Of a stretch of DNA of 64,000 nucleotides, positions 46,491 to 57,979 are shown in pieces. How positions within the stretch are numbered: position 1 is the first letter of the stretch; every line of letters starts with the position of its first letter. The stretch comes from Basidiobolus meristosporus CBS 931.73 (lineage: Eukaryota; Fungi; Basidiobolomycota): positions 1 through 64,000 of the forward strand of contig MCFE01000022.1 in the NCBI GenBank assembly GCA_002104905.1, in the 5' to 3' direction. Made by a program: the position numbers and the translations under genes. The notes below the pieces were generated by a model, which had not been told where the DNA came from, searched no databases, and was given only the letters and a program-made list of their open reading frames with translations.

Positions 46491-49244
46491 ATGGGTACAG
46501 TTGGCGAGCTCATCGCTCAGATAGAGAAGCATATATTGGATGGTGTGTATCCGCTGGCAAATAATGAGATTCAGCGAGGTCTACGCGATTTCCCTGGATC
46601 AGTACAATTACAAGTAGTCGCAGTAAAGTGTTTTCATCCGTGATATCCGCTGAAGTTTTCTATTCGTAGCTTCTACGCCACAAGGTTGCTATCAGGCAAA
46701 AGCTCTTTCTTGCTGCAGTGGAGTACTTTGACGAAGTGTTGGTAATCGCCCTTCTTGTCTGAAGCGTGTATGCTTACCCTTTTTCACAGCCAAGGCCGGT
46801 TTTCCACTCATGAGCTGGTGAACCAATATTTACAAGACATCGGCAATGCTGTTCTGTACAAACGCCAAAATGAGCAGTATAGTAAGTGCTAGCCGAACCA
46901 GGCCTATCGAAAAAACCCCTCCCCTATGTTTTCTAACGCGGAAGAATCAGTCTTCTACCAGAACGCACCAAGGTTGGCCCAGCGGCAAATCCTACTCAAC
47001 GCGGCAGGTAGGAGAACGTGTTCTCCACGAACACAACCTCCCGGAATTAACCTCGCTCTTCCCCTCGGTAACACTGTAGCCTCTTTTGAACGCTCTGGGG
47101 AGTTTCTTTCCGCTTGCAAAATACGGTCAACCTTGTTAGATCACTTTGAGGAATTGCTCTCAAGTCACGGAGTAGGTTTTTTATTCCTCCGTTTCGATTC
47201 AGCCCTAATCATAGCTACACAGCCTCAGGCTATAGACCTAGCGCTTGAAGCGGAAAAAATAAACGGACCCTTACCCCCGGTGAATGGATTTCGGCGGATT
47301 ATTGGTAATCATTTCCTCGCACAGCACCAATTTCCTACTCATCTGCACAGCACCAATTTCCTACTCATCCTGACTGTTCATAGTGAAATCCATGATTCCA
47401 GCGATATTCAAGAAAAGAATTGTATTCAGGAACATTGCTACAAATCCGAAAGTACTCACCGACGAAACCGGGACCGTTTGTATCACTGAGGAGCAGTTGG
47501 AGTTGTGGTTGGAGGTTGTACACAGCTATTGTCTCTCAAGTATGGATTTCCAGGAGTTTCACGAGTTCTTTGTGATCTTTATCAAACAATGTCGGCTGCT
47601 GGACAGTAGTTGGTTGGTTTCGTATATGCATGCTACCGGTGGTGCACCAATTTACCTTCTTCGCAGTATGGGGTTGGACCTCTCCACTCCTGATAGGTTG
47701 CTCGGTTGTCTGAATTCTGCTCCTGATGCATTGCCATTTAGACACAGAATGCGTTTTCTCATGAACCATTTCGTGCATCTGGCTGTAAATTACTACCAGA
47801 TCGGTTCAGGTAATGATGATTTCTTATGCTAATTGCTTAGAAAAAGCTCCCCTCCCTTCATGCTAATCTGCACAGCTTCTGTGATGATTCCGTTGGTTCC
47901 AATCACTACTCATCCTCAAAACGCCCACGGTTGTTCGATTTCTACAGCACAAGCTCCGCAGATGGCACTGGTAAATTTTGTTGAACAAGTTACTTTGATG
48001 GCCGGACATTAATCGATGATACGTAGATCCAGAAACATATGCGTACCTCAGGTTCATGATGTTTGTATATAAGAGAGGAAAAGGCGAACTGAGCCGGTTT
48101 GATGAAGGTTATCTTGAGCACCTTTCCAACCGGCATCTTCTTGGCCTCTAACCCTCCCTACCTTCCAGAACTGGAATCCCTTTTGTCTAGGTTAAAGGCC
48201 CCTTTCATAGTGGAAAATGCCGTTCTATATGCAAAGGCTGATATCGCCCTGTTCCATGTATGTGCCAACTGATGGCCTAGCAAGAGCAGCGTCTGATGGA
48301 ATGTTTCATGATATAGGGGTCTACCTCGATGGCCATCTCGCTTTATCGGAGGTTGAATTCGAGATTGAAGGAGGCATGGCAAACACAAAGATACATTATG
48401 AATAAAGTCAACTCTGCCCCAAGCGTGGACTCCGGTATTATATCAGCCATGGGGACTTTTGACACGACCATGCTGAAATGTCGGTGGTCGCCAGTCTTTC
48501 CCTTCCGCATAATCTACTCGATGGGCTGGTGCTATTTTATGGAGGAGAAATATGTTGTACGTTGTCGGCCATGGCATTTTTTCGAGCACGCCCTGACTCT
48601 ATTGAATAGGAGGCGATCACCGAGTTTTTCGCAATTCTAGGCACCATGCCTTTCAAGTCGCTAGATCGCACACCGACCCCTCAGTGTAACAGCCCTGGCC
48701 TGAAAATCGTCTCCCCAGAAGCTTTAAGTACGCTATGCCTGGAGTATATAGTCACCAGCATCGAAGTAAGAGCGAGAGTCAACCACTTGATCAACAGATA
48801 ACTGAGCCATTTGTTTAGCGCGAGATACATCGACATGGCCCGAGCGATTCGATGATAAGCTCTCTGATGGTCGTTAGCCAATTCTTGGCTGCGGACCGCA
48901 GGTACATGGTTGACCAGATCCGTGGGATGATTCTGCAACGCAGTCGCTTGGTGTTCCCTGATTTCTTTCGCTACATATTTGGTAAGCTGGATGATCTTTG
49001 ATGCTCGCAAGCTGGCAGTTAATTGTGCATATTTGTAGATCCGGATATGGTTGTCATGATTTCACAGGTGAGTTCCGTGGTGGATTTGAAACTTGGTGAG
49101 CGGGAGCTCCGGTCAGCACTAAGAATACACATGGTAGATGCACAGAAAATGCAGGGGGACTGGAGACAAATCCTCTGCGACTATTCCCAGATGTACCACC
49201 GGTTCTTGGTTAACGCCAGCGGCGTTGCACCCAGTTTTATTTAA
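46491..49244 (+). CDS. Multi-exon hypothetical protein, family not recognised
   Basis: Chain of plus-strand ORFs (46926, 47383, 48217, 49023) with GT-AG boundaries. Likely ATG 46491. The last exon ends ...GVAPSFI* at 49244. The exon structure is only partly traced. Confidence 0.55.
47319..47370. repeat. 26-bp tandem duplication inside an intron
   Basis: gcacagcaccaatttcctactcatc(t/c) x2, between donor gtaatc and acceptor ttcatag. Confidence 0.8.
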
Positions 49245-49669
49245 TGAGACATAAGATGTGGGGGGGGCAATAAACGAACAAAGCATTATTATTCCTGGCA
49301 TGATGAGTGGTGGACATGGGAATTCCGATAGAATAGGTGATCCAGAAGTGGCTTAGACCGCTCCATTGTTTGGTGGAGAATCACACGAATGTCACCCAAA
49401 TGAGTATCCAATTGATTGTGTTCTCCAATGGCCACTGGGTTTAGGAGTTCCCCTCCTCCAACCCCAGCAAATACATCCCGTTAAACACGTGTATTGGATT
49501 TGGGTATTAACCGAATGGTGGTGTTGGAAGCGAGCTTAATTCTAACCAACCAACCAACCAACCTCGAAACGTAAGTATATTTTCAGTTATGTGACACCAT
49601 TAAAGCCTTCTCTAACCGAGGTGACCTTGTTTGTAACGTCGCGGTTCGCCAGCATAGATACCAGACGAG

Positions 49670-50847
49670 ATGCGTCGAACAAAAGTGTTCGCTGGCTCCT
49701 CGAATCCCGAGCTATCCAGACTGATTGTGGAAAGATTGGGCATCAACGAGGCGCCGGTCAGTTTGAAAAAATTCTCCAACAAGGAAACGTCGATAGAGAT
49801 AGGCGCGTCCGTGCGTGACGAGGACGTGTTCATAGTGCAGAGCGGCTGCGGCTCCGTGAACGACAACATCATGGAGCTGCTCATCCTCACCAACGCGTGC
49901 AAGTTCGCCAGCGCCAAAAGGGTAACCGCGGTGTTGCCGTATTTCCCGTATTCGAAACAGTCGAAGAAGAAATCGAGAAGCGCCATCACTGCCAAACGTA
50001 AATACCGCTTGCTTCCTCGCGTGCATCATTGAGGGGTTTATTCATCTCAGAGTTATTCTATTGCTTAGTGCTGGCCAACATGCTGACCGTGGCCGGTGTC
50101 AATCACATCATCACTATGGACCTTCACGCCTCACAGATGCAGGGATTTTTCAATAGACCGGTGGACAACTTGTATGCCGAACCCAACATCGCCAAGTGGA
50201 TCATGGAAAACGAGCCGAATTACATGAGCGGCGTGGTTGTTTCTAAAAACGCTGGGGGAGCCAAAAGGTTAGCCCAAGCTTGAGGTTCGTTGAGATTTCG
50301 TGGGATTGATCAGGCATTCTTTTGATAGAGTGACTTCGCTTGCCGACAGATTGAATGTAGATTTTGCCTTGATCCATTCGGATCCGCAAGTCCGTTTCCA
50401 CCACTCAGACAACGGAGCTATCTTGCAAGAAGGAGAAGGCATAACGTTGGTTGGCGATGTCGAGGGAAGAGTGGTGTTTCTGCTGGTAAGTCCTAGTGAC
50501 TGCTTAGTCGAGAGCCTAACTGATCCCCCTGCCGCATCAAGGATGACATGATTGATGGTTCCAAGTCCTTCATCAAGGCTGCTGATCACCTGTGCAAGCG
50601 TTGCAAGGCCACACGAGTCTATGTGGTTGCAACCCACGGACTGTTGTCGGGAGATTCGTTGAAAGAGCTGGAAGGATGCTCCAGTATTTATCAAGTGGTG
50701 ATCACAAACACCATTGCTCTTCCCGAGTCCAAGCGGCAGAACATCACCAAACTCCGGATCATCGATATTTCCGGGACCTTGGCAGAGGCCATTCGCAGGA
50801 CCCACAACGGCGAATCCATCTCGTTTCTGTTCAACACTGCTCTGTAA
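49670..50847 (+). CDS. PRS1: Ribose-phosphate pyrophosphokinase, Prs1 type
   Basis: [61 protein letters not shown]. Three introns. Confidence 0.93.
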
Positions 50848-51249
50848 GTGCCAGCAGACCAGGTTTTTTGATGCAATTTCATATCCATTCAATGAGTGTG
50901 CAGTCACCAATGATTCAATCAGCAATAAACCCACGCTCCCAGTTTAGATGGGTTGTTTAGATCGGTCGCTAAATTTAACCGCAGAATAGATGAACAAATC
51001 TTCGAAAGATTAATTCTACTTGATGCGGTGGGTTCATTAATTTCAAGGTGGCCTCTCCTACGGTCATTGCGATTCATTGGCCTTGGTGGAATTAAATGAT
51101 TCGAGGGTTTCTTAAAAATACGCTCAACCTGTAAATGGGTGTGGGGTGATGGACGAGGTGGAGTCCGGCGCATCCCTATAAAGTCTGAGGGTGTGAGTCC
51201 CAGGTTAGTCAATTCCTTCTCTTCAAGTGGTCGAGTAAATACAATCAAC

Positions 51250-52305
51250 ATGATTTTCAACCAAAGAGCCCAGATCTCTGCCTTGGGATGCTTCCTCTTA
51301 GCAACCGCCATGGTGGGTAATGTAGAAGCTGGGGTCATCCCGCAAGAAAATGCTGCGGTGGCGAATTTCAATCACTACAGCCACTCCGTCGCCGACGATT
51401 GCATTACCCCTTCTGTCACCGAAGATTGTGAGACACCTACTTCCACGGAAGATTTTGAAACTCCTACATCTGAGGACTGTGATACTGTTACCACTACCGA
51501 AGACTGTGAGACTTCTAGCACCACCGAAGATTACGAGACCTCATCCACCACTGAAGATTGTGAGACTGTTACTACTACCGAGGACTGCGAGACACCTACT
51601 ACCGAGGATTGCGAGACTGTCACTGCTACTGAGGACTGTGAAGAGACACCCACATCTGAGGACTGCGAGACCATCACTGCTACCGAGGATTGTGAAGAGA
51701 CACCCACATCCGAGGACTGCGAAACTGTCACTACTACTGAGGACTGTGAAACTCCCACAAGTGAGGAGTGTGAGACTATCACCACTACCGAGGATTGCGA
51801 GACTCCTACCACTGATGACTGCGAGACTCCAACTACCGACGACTGCGAGACCCCAACTACTGACGACTGTGAGCCGGAGGAGCCCACAGATTGTGATGAT
51901 GATAACGAGGACAAACCTACTGATGACTGCGACGATGGTGATGACAGCAAGGATCACGATAAATCCTCTGATAATGACCACGAGAAGCCAACTGACGACA
52001 CTGCTACCGATGAGCCAAAGGAGTCGGAAACCTCCGACGCGCCAGAGGAATCGGCAACTGCTGCCGAACCATCGGATGATACCGCCACCTCAGAGCCTTC
52101 AGAAAGTGCCGCACCAGAATCAGAATCTGAGCCAGCTGCATCACCATCACCATCAGAGAGCGCCAGCAGCGGCTCTGACGTGGATATCACTAAGAAAGGA
52201 ACTGCAGCTCGTGGGAACACCAGTGGTGCTGGAAGTGTGTTGGGCAATATCAATCCAGTCCATGCTGTAGCACTCGTTGTTCCACTGGTCTACATGCTAC
52301 TCTGA
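51250..52305 (+). CDS. Acidic Thr/Glu/Asp/Cys-repeat (TEDCET) cell-surface protein, probably GPI-anchored, copy 1 (351 aa)
   Basis: Signal peptide MIFNQRAQISALGCFLLATAMVGNVEAG. About 20 T(T/S)EDCE(T/E) repeats and a Ser/Glu/Ala stalk. C-terminal NTSGAGSVLGNINPVHAVALVVPLVYMLL. TATA at ~51177. Confidence 0.85.
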   Translation: MIFNQRAQISALGCFLLATAMVGNVEAGVIPQENAAVANFNHYSHSVADDCITPSVTEDCETPTSTEDFETPTSEDCDTVTTTEDCETSSTTEDYETSSTTEDCETVTTTEDCETPTTEDCETVTATEDCEETPTSEDCETITATEDCEETPTSEDCETVTTTEDCETPTSEECETITTTEDCETPTTDDCETPTTDDCETPTTDDCEPEEPTDCDDDNEDKPTDDCDDGDDSKDHDKSSDNDHEKPTDDTATDEPKESETSDAPEESATAAEPSDDTATSEPSESAAPESESEPAASPSPSESASSGSDVDITKKGTAARGNTSGAGSVLGNINPVHAVALVVPLVYMLL

Positions 52306-52480
52306 GTGTCAGAGGGGTGGCTTGACAGGATGTATTTCAAAGTTTGTGCGATTGAATCGATCCGTAGCTATGTTTTTGTAATGATACCCATACTTTGCTG
52401 TCAAAGAAATAAAGTTGATTTGGAAGCTTACTATCATAAATCTCCGTCATACCAAAAGCGCACAGTAGCTTATAATCCAG

Positions 52481-52531
52481 CATTGAATCCTACATTGAAT
52501 CCTACATTGAATCTACATTGAATCCTACATT
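52481..52531. repeat. 12-bp tandem repeat x4 between the duplicated genes
   Basis: cattgaatccta units, one with a 1-bp deletion. Confidence 0.85.
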
Positions 52532-52883
52532 GGTATTAAAAATTATATTTAGCCATGACAGATCGGCGTGATATCCGAAAATGGCTAGCTTTGTGGAGTA
52601 TGCTTACCCCAGTGGAGCACGTATGTTCGCAGAATTTTCAGGTACCGAAGTGACCATCCACACGATAACTACAAATCGTTACGAGACCAGAGTAGCTGTT
52701 TTTAGCCTTGAGGGCAATGGAGGAAGGATAAACTCTAATTTTAACCTGGTCCCTCCAATCAGGGTCCATTCGACTCTAGCCGTTAATGAATTCATTTAAA
52801 CTCCATCTATCTTGCCACGGATATATAAACCTGTGTCGGCAGATCCTCCATCATACATTCAGTCTATTCAAACACTAGCAAAC

Positions 52884-53807
52884 ATGGTTTTCAACAGAAA
52901 TACAAAGATCGCCATCTTTGGTTGCCTCATGCTGGCCACAGCTATGGTGAACAACGCTGAGGCTGGTCCGTTGGGATATGGTGAGGAGCAAGCAGTTGCG
53001 GCTTTCAATCACAACAGCCATTCACTCGATGACTGTACCACACCACTAACCACCGAAGATTGTGAGACTGTTACTACTACCGAGGACTGCGAGACGCCTA
53101 CTACCGAGGATTGCGAGACTGTCACTGCTACTGAGGACTGTGAAGAGACACCTACATCTGAGGACTGCGAGACCATCACTGCTACCGAGGATTGTGAAGA
53201 GACACCCACATCTGAGGACTGCGAGACCGTTACTGCTACCGAGGATTGTGAAACTCCCACAAGTGAAGAGTGTGAGACTATCACAACAGAGGAGTGTGAG
53301 ACTATCACCACTACCGAGGATTGCGAGACTCCTACCACTGATGACTGCGAGACTCCAACCACTGACGACTGTGAGCCGGAGGAGCCCACAGATTGTGATG
53401 ATGATAACGAGGACAAACCTACTGATGACTGCGACGATAGTGATGACAGCAATGATCACGATAAATCCTCTGATAATGACCACGAGAAGCCAACTGACGA
53501 CACTGCTACCGATGAGCCAAAGGAGTCAGAAACCTCCGACGCGCCAGAGGAATCGGCAACTGCTGCCGAGCCATCAGATGATACCGCCACCTCAGAGCCT
53601 TCAGAAAGTGCCGCACCAGAATCAGAATCTGAACCAGCTGCATCACCATCACCATCAGAGAGCGCCAGCAGCGGCTCTGACGTGGATATCACCAAGAAAG
53701 GAACTGCAGCTCGTGGGAACACCAGTGGTGCTGGAAGTGTGTTGGGCAACATCAATCCAGTCCATGCGGTAGCACTCGTTGTTCCACTGGTCTACATGCT
53801 ACTCTGA
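52884..53807 (+). CDS. Acidic TEDCET-repeat GPI-type cell-surface protein, copy 2 (307 aa)
   Basis: Signal peptide MVFNRNTKIAIFGCLMLATAMVNNAEAG. The 3' half is nearly identical to copy 1. atatataaa at 52821-52829. Confidence 0.85.
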   Translation: MVFNRNTKIAIFGCLMLATAMVNNAEAGPLGYGEEQAVAAFNHNSHSLDDCTTPLTTEDCETVTTTEDCETPTTEDCETVTATEDCEETPTSEDCETITATEDCEETPTSEDCETVTATEDCETPTSEECETITTEECETITTTEDCETPTTDDCETPTTDDCEPEEPTDCDDDNEDKPTDDCDDSDDSNDHDKSSDNDHEKPTDDTATDEPKESETSDAPEESATAAEPSDDTATSEPSESAAPESESEPAASPSPSESASSGSDVDITKKGTAARGNTSGAGSVLGNINPVHAVALVVPLVYMLL

Positions 53808-54301
53808 GTGTGAGAGGGGTGGCTTTACTCTGAATGCGAGAGGGGTGGCTTGACAGGATGTATTTCAAAGTTTGTGCGATCGAATTGATCCGTAGTTAGA
53901 TTTTTGCAATGATACCCATACTTTGCTGTCAAAGAAATAAAGTTGATTTGGAAGCTTACTTTGTTGCGATTTCGAAATTCAATAAAACCCAACCATGGAA
54001 TGAGACTCCCTAACGATTTCGGGCCGATATCGCTACCATGCATTTCACATGCAAGATTTGGTTTCTCTAATATGGTAGATTGGCTAAATAGTTTGGGTTT
54101 ATCAATGTCCGATCAGGCTTTGACTCCTGGATTTGATGAGAGTACTTGGTGAAAGTCACATGCTTCTTCCCCTTTGGTATCCCCCGTCCAGTATTGCGTT
54201 GACAACATACGTAGATCCCATCCAAAGCGAAGTCACTACAATAATATCAAGCCTTTATTTGCTCGCCTACAGCTACGTTGAGTGACCAAGTTCAAGAGAG
54301 T

Positions 54302-55633
54302 ATGATTGAAGAGAAGAAGCCCCTTTTCCAGTCCATCGCGAAAAAAGTCGGCGCTCTGTTGGTGGTGATAGGAACGCTACTCCACACCTTGAAGTTGCAT
54401 CTCCTACACTCCAAAAAGCCCCAGCCTTCGTGGAGCCTCAAATTTCACTTGGCATTCGAAGTGGTGAAAAGCCTCGTGAGCCTGGGTCCGAATGAAACGG
54501 TTGAGGATGCTCAGTCCATAGTCGGAAGAGCGAAACCTGTTTCCTATAAAGACGTGGCAACCCGCTCTTTAACCATCCCCGAAGAGTACCGCGAGCTGGC
54601 TACCAAGCGGTTTGAAGCAGCTTATCCAGAGATACTTGCGGAGCACAACCTAGAGGCAGCTCCGTTGACTGCTGAATGGATTACCTTTACTGGTCGGCAA
54701 AGGGTAATAGACGTCAAGCCAATTATCATGCTATATCTTCACGGTGGCGCGTATTATCTAGGTTCAGTAGACTCGCATAGAGATCTGGTGTTCGAAATGG
54801 TGAAGAAAACCCAAGGGGAAGCCTTGGTCATAAACTACCGGTTGGCTCCTCAGGATCCTTTTCCGTTTGCCATCCACGACGCCATAGCCAGTTATTTGTA
54901 TTTACTGGAGGCCCCTTCAAGAGAAGGCTGTAGGATCACCCCGCAGAATATCGCCATTGTAGGGGACAGCGCTGGTGGCGGCCTAACCATCGCTACGCTA
55001 CTGGCGCTTCGTAAAATGGAGCTCGCCGCACCTGCCTGCGCCATCGGCATTTCTCCCTGGGTGGATCTGACCCACTCAATGGCAAGCATCCGCCTCAACG
55101 CAAAATCAGACTACATACCCGCGAACGGACTCAAAGGCCACATCACCTCGCCGCTCATCAGCGGGAAAAAATGGATTGGTCGAACCCATTACTATGCCCC
55201 TAACAATCTTTTGACCCATCCATTAGTCAGCCCCCTCTTCGAAACGAATCTAGGCGCTTTGCCACCACTGTTGATTCAGGTCGGCGATGGTGAGCTCTTA
55301 CGCGATGAAGGTATCCTGTTTGCGCTGAAGGCCAGTGGCAACTACCAACCGCCGAATCCCTCCCAATTCACCCCAACCCCCGTGTCGCTAGAAATCTATG
55401 AAGAAATGCCACACGTATTCCACATGTTCACCTTCGCCACCGCCTCCAAAATCGCCTTCGAAAAATGCGCACATTTCATGAGAAAGGTGATCCAGAAGCG
55501 GGACTCCTCCCAGCTGCCGGACTCCAGCAACAATCATCTTTCCAAGGAGATCATCCATTACCATGGAAATGTGCAAAATCTCGGGCGAATCGTGGTGGGG
55601 GATGAGGGAAAATCTATTCTGCTCTCCTATTGA
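54302..55633 (+). CDS. Alpha/beta-hydrolase fold esterase, hormone-sensitive-lipase family
   Basis: YLHGGAY oxyanion motif, YRLAP, GDSAGGGL nucleophile elbow, ELLRDE, MPHVF. Intronless. Hydrophobic N-terminal segment. Confidence 0.92.
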   Translation: MIEEKKPLFQSIAKKVGALLVVIGTLLHTLKLHLLHSKKPQPSWSLKFHLAFEVVKSLVSLGPNETVEDAQSIVGRAKPVSYKDVATRSLTIPEEYRELATKRFEAAYPEILAEHNLEAAPLTAEWITFTGRQRVIDVKPIIMLYLHGGAYYLGSVDSHRDLVFEMVKKTQGEALVINYRLAPQDPFPFAIHDAIASYLYLLEAPSREGCRITPQNIAIVGDSAGGGLTIATLLALRKMELAAPACAIGISPWVDLTHSMASIRLNAKSDYIPANGLKGHITSPLISGKKWIGRTHYYAPNNLLTHPLVSPLFETNLGALPPLLIQVGDGELLRDEGILFALKASGNYQPPNPSQFTPTPVSLEIYEEMPHVFHMFTFATASKIAFEKCAHFMRKVIQKRDSSQLPDSSNNHLSKEIIHYHGNVQNLGRIVVGDEGKSILLSY

Positions 55634-55766
55634 TGTGGTGTAATAAAGGCTCATGCACGTTCCTCCACTTGCTAGAAAATGATGGTTGGTTGCGCGTGGC
55701 GCGTGGATAGCAAGAGATTTATCTATTTACAAAAAATCTAGTGTCAGAGCGTCGTCGCAGTGTTTG

Positions 55767-57626
55767 TTAATCCTGCTGATGCTTGGGGCTGGTGGTGAGT
55801 TCGGCTGTAGTGAGACGGACCATGAGATGGCGTTCTGGTTCGGTATCCGTGCTTTCCGGATCGTGCTCTAGGTTGGAGCTTTGGCCCCTGGATGTAGTGG
55901 ATGACGCGTCATCGTCGTCCGAAGGATTGTTCGTGTCAGACGGAAACGAAGCATGCGGTTCCAACCCCCTCAACTGGCGTTTCAAAGCATCCATCGGCTG
56001 ACTGAGAATCTGGAGGCAGTGGAGGAGCATTTCGTATTCTTTGCACGAGTGTTCGTAAGAATCAACTAGGTCACAGGTGTTGCTAAAGCAGGATCCGATC
56101 GGTTAGTCCAGGCATCTCATCAAGCTACACACGATGAGTTCTTACTCGATAAACCCTTCAATCATGGTTTTTCGTGATCTCAGCTGCTCCAAGCGTTCGG
56201 CGGAGTTTTGACAAATCGAATCCATGCCAAATGCCATCTCGTCGAATTCTGTGGAGTAGTGAAGGCTATAGAAGTAGGGAATGTGAGATCCTGTGCATGC
56301 CATGCCCTTCATCGAGTCGCACTTTACCTGTCAGCGTTCATGCTCTGCGAGATGAACTCCGAGCCCTGACCGGGGAGCACTTGGGCCGAATCAAGAGAGA
56401 TTGCGCCCATTTTCTATACAACATAATGTTAGCTGATTGAGCTAGCTTGAGGATAAGTGCCGCATGAAGTACGTGTTTTTTTGAGATTCTGTGAGTTGAA
56501 CGGTTCGCTGGAGGTTCGTTTCAGTGAAGATTCAATTTCATTTTCCGGCTCGGTCGGGCTCCACACCAAAGATTCACCAATCCGTCCGCTGCTTAGAGGA
56601 GAATGGTCCAAGAATCTTGAATCGTTGATTTCGATGTTGGACTCAGGGATCCTTTCTGGCTTCGCCCTGCTGCTGATTGTTTTCAACTCTCTTATTATGG
56701 ACTCTTCGAGTGGGTCCGGATGGAGCCGGCTATTCATCTCAGATATAGCTGAGTGAATATCCTGCGTCACAACATGAGAGTAGAAGGCCCGAGTGCTAAC
56801 TCTATACGCCTCCAGCTCGCCATGAGGAGTTTTCTTTTTACTCTGAGGTTCGTCCGAACGATATATGACCAGTCCTACTAGATCTTGAAAGAAGCGGAAG
56901 CAGTCGGAGGTGATCCGGCTGGAAAAGTCGTCTACGTTGAGATCTAGGTGGAGGAGAAAGTTTACGTGAGTCCTGGTGGACCGAATGTCGAACGTTGACT
57001 TGAACTACCTACCTGAGGTTAGATGAAGGTAACTTGCCGAAATCACCTTTAGAATAGCGCTGTGAAAGGTTTCAAAGTAGGCGTCAGCGATTTGGTTAAA
57101 TGAACAGTCGGACAGGGCTTCGTTGCCAGGGTTCTAGTAGAAATACAATGAATTTGGTGTCTTGTGAGCAAACCCTACTGGCTCATCTTACCGAAAACCA
57201 GCCTAAAACCGTTTGACCTTGAAAATTTATCAGCCTGGATATAGTGCTGATAAGATCCTTGTTGCTGGAGGTGTAACAAGTAAATCCCTAGATGATTCAA
57301 TAAACTTAACCGGCGGAACAGCCAGGAAGGTGCAGTTCAGCGGATCGAGTACCTTAACATGCAGCACCAACCCCTTTCCAAAACATTCTTCTCGCACACC
57401 ATATAATATGCCTTGATTAGGGCCTTGGCCTAAATCGGAATGCAGCCGAATGAAAATGTCTATTGTGACAAAGGTCTGAGATGAGGGCTATTATCTGAAA
57501 TAGGCGTACTCGTGCGTACCTTTGGGAATGTGTAATACAGGTGGCGTCATATGAACTAGATCTTGGGTTGTGTGAAGGGATAGAAGTATGGCCAGCTTTC
57601 AAGACGTTTTCAATAAAGGACGTCAC
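55767..57626 (-). CDS. Multi-exon hypothetical protein with a helical C-terminal part
   Basis: Minus-strand ORFs 57417-57626, 56429-56770 and 55767-56030, with splice-bounded peptides in between (NPGNEALSDCSFNQIADAYFETFHSAILK; FKSTFDIRSTRTHVNFLLHLDLNVDD). No family recognised. Confidence 0.5.
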
Positions 57627-57979
57627 GAAAAGATACTGTCATCTGAAAAGTTGGATAAATACCAATGGATTTTAAGCTTGTTGAAATTTCGGATTAAGTT
57701 TAGCCTCTCAGATCCCCAAAATCGGCGGATTGAGCTCATGGAAGCATGCGGTTGAGGAGAGCTTCAAATCCCCACTCACTTTCATCTCATCCTCAGGATT
57801 TGAAAGAATCCACTCTGACAAGAGCCAATTCAACACAATACCATCATGATACGATGTAAGATTAAGATACTTTATTTGGGTCTGCTCAAATGGAGGAAAC
57901 CGGGGGTACGTTAAACGGAGTAAATTTTTGTGGGGAGATCTTTTACAATCTTACGGTTATAGTTCATGTAACTATACTC

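Noticed and set aside
44449-50847. Kynureninase and PRS1 as an NAD-biosynthesis cluster
   Set aside because: Only two broadly used housekeeping genes, separated by an unrelated gene, with no other kynurenine-pathway genes in the window.
51350-53772. Leu/Arg/Pro-rich alternate-frame and Ser/Val-rich antisense ORFs over the TEDCET genes
   Set aside because: These are frame shadows of the repeat. Only the TEDCET frame has both a signal peptide and a GPI-type tail.
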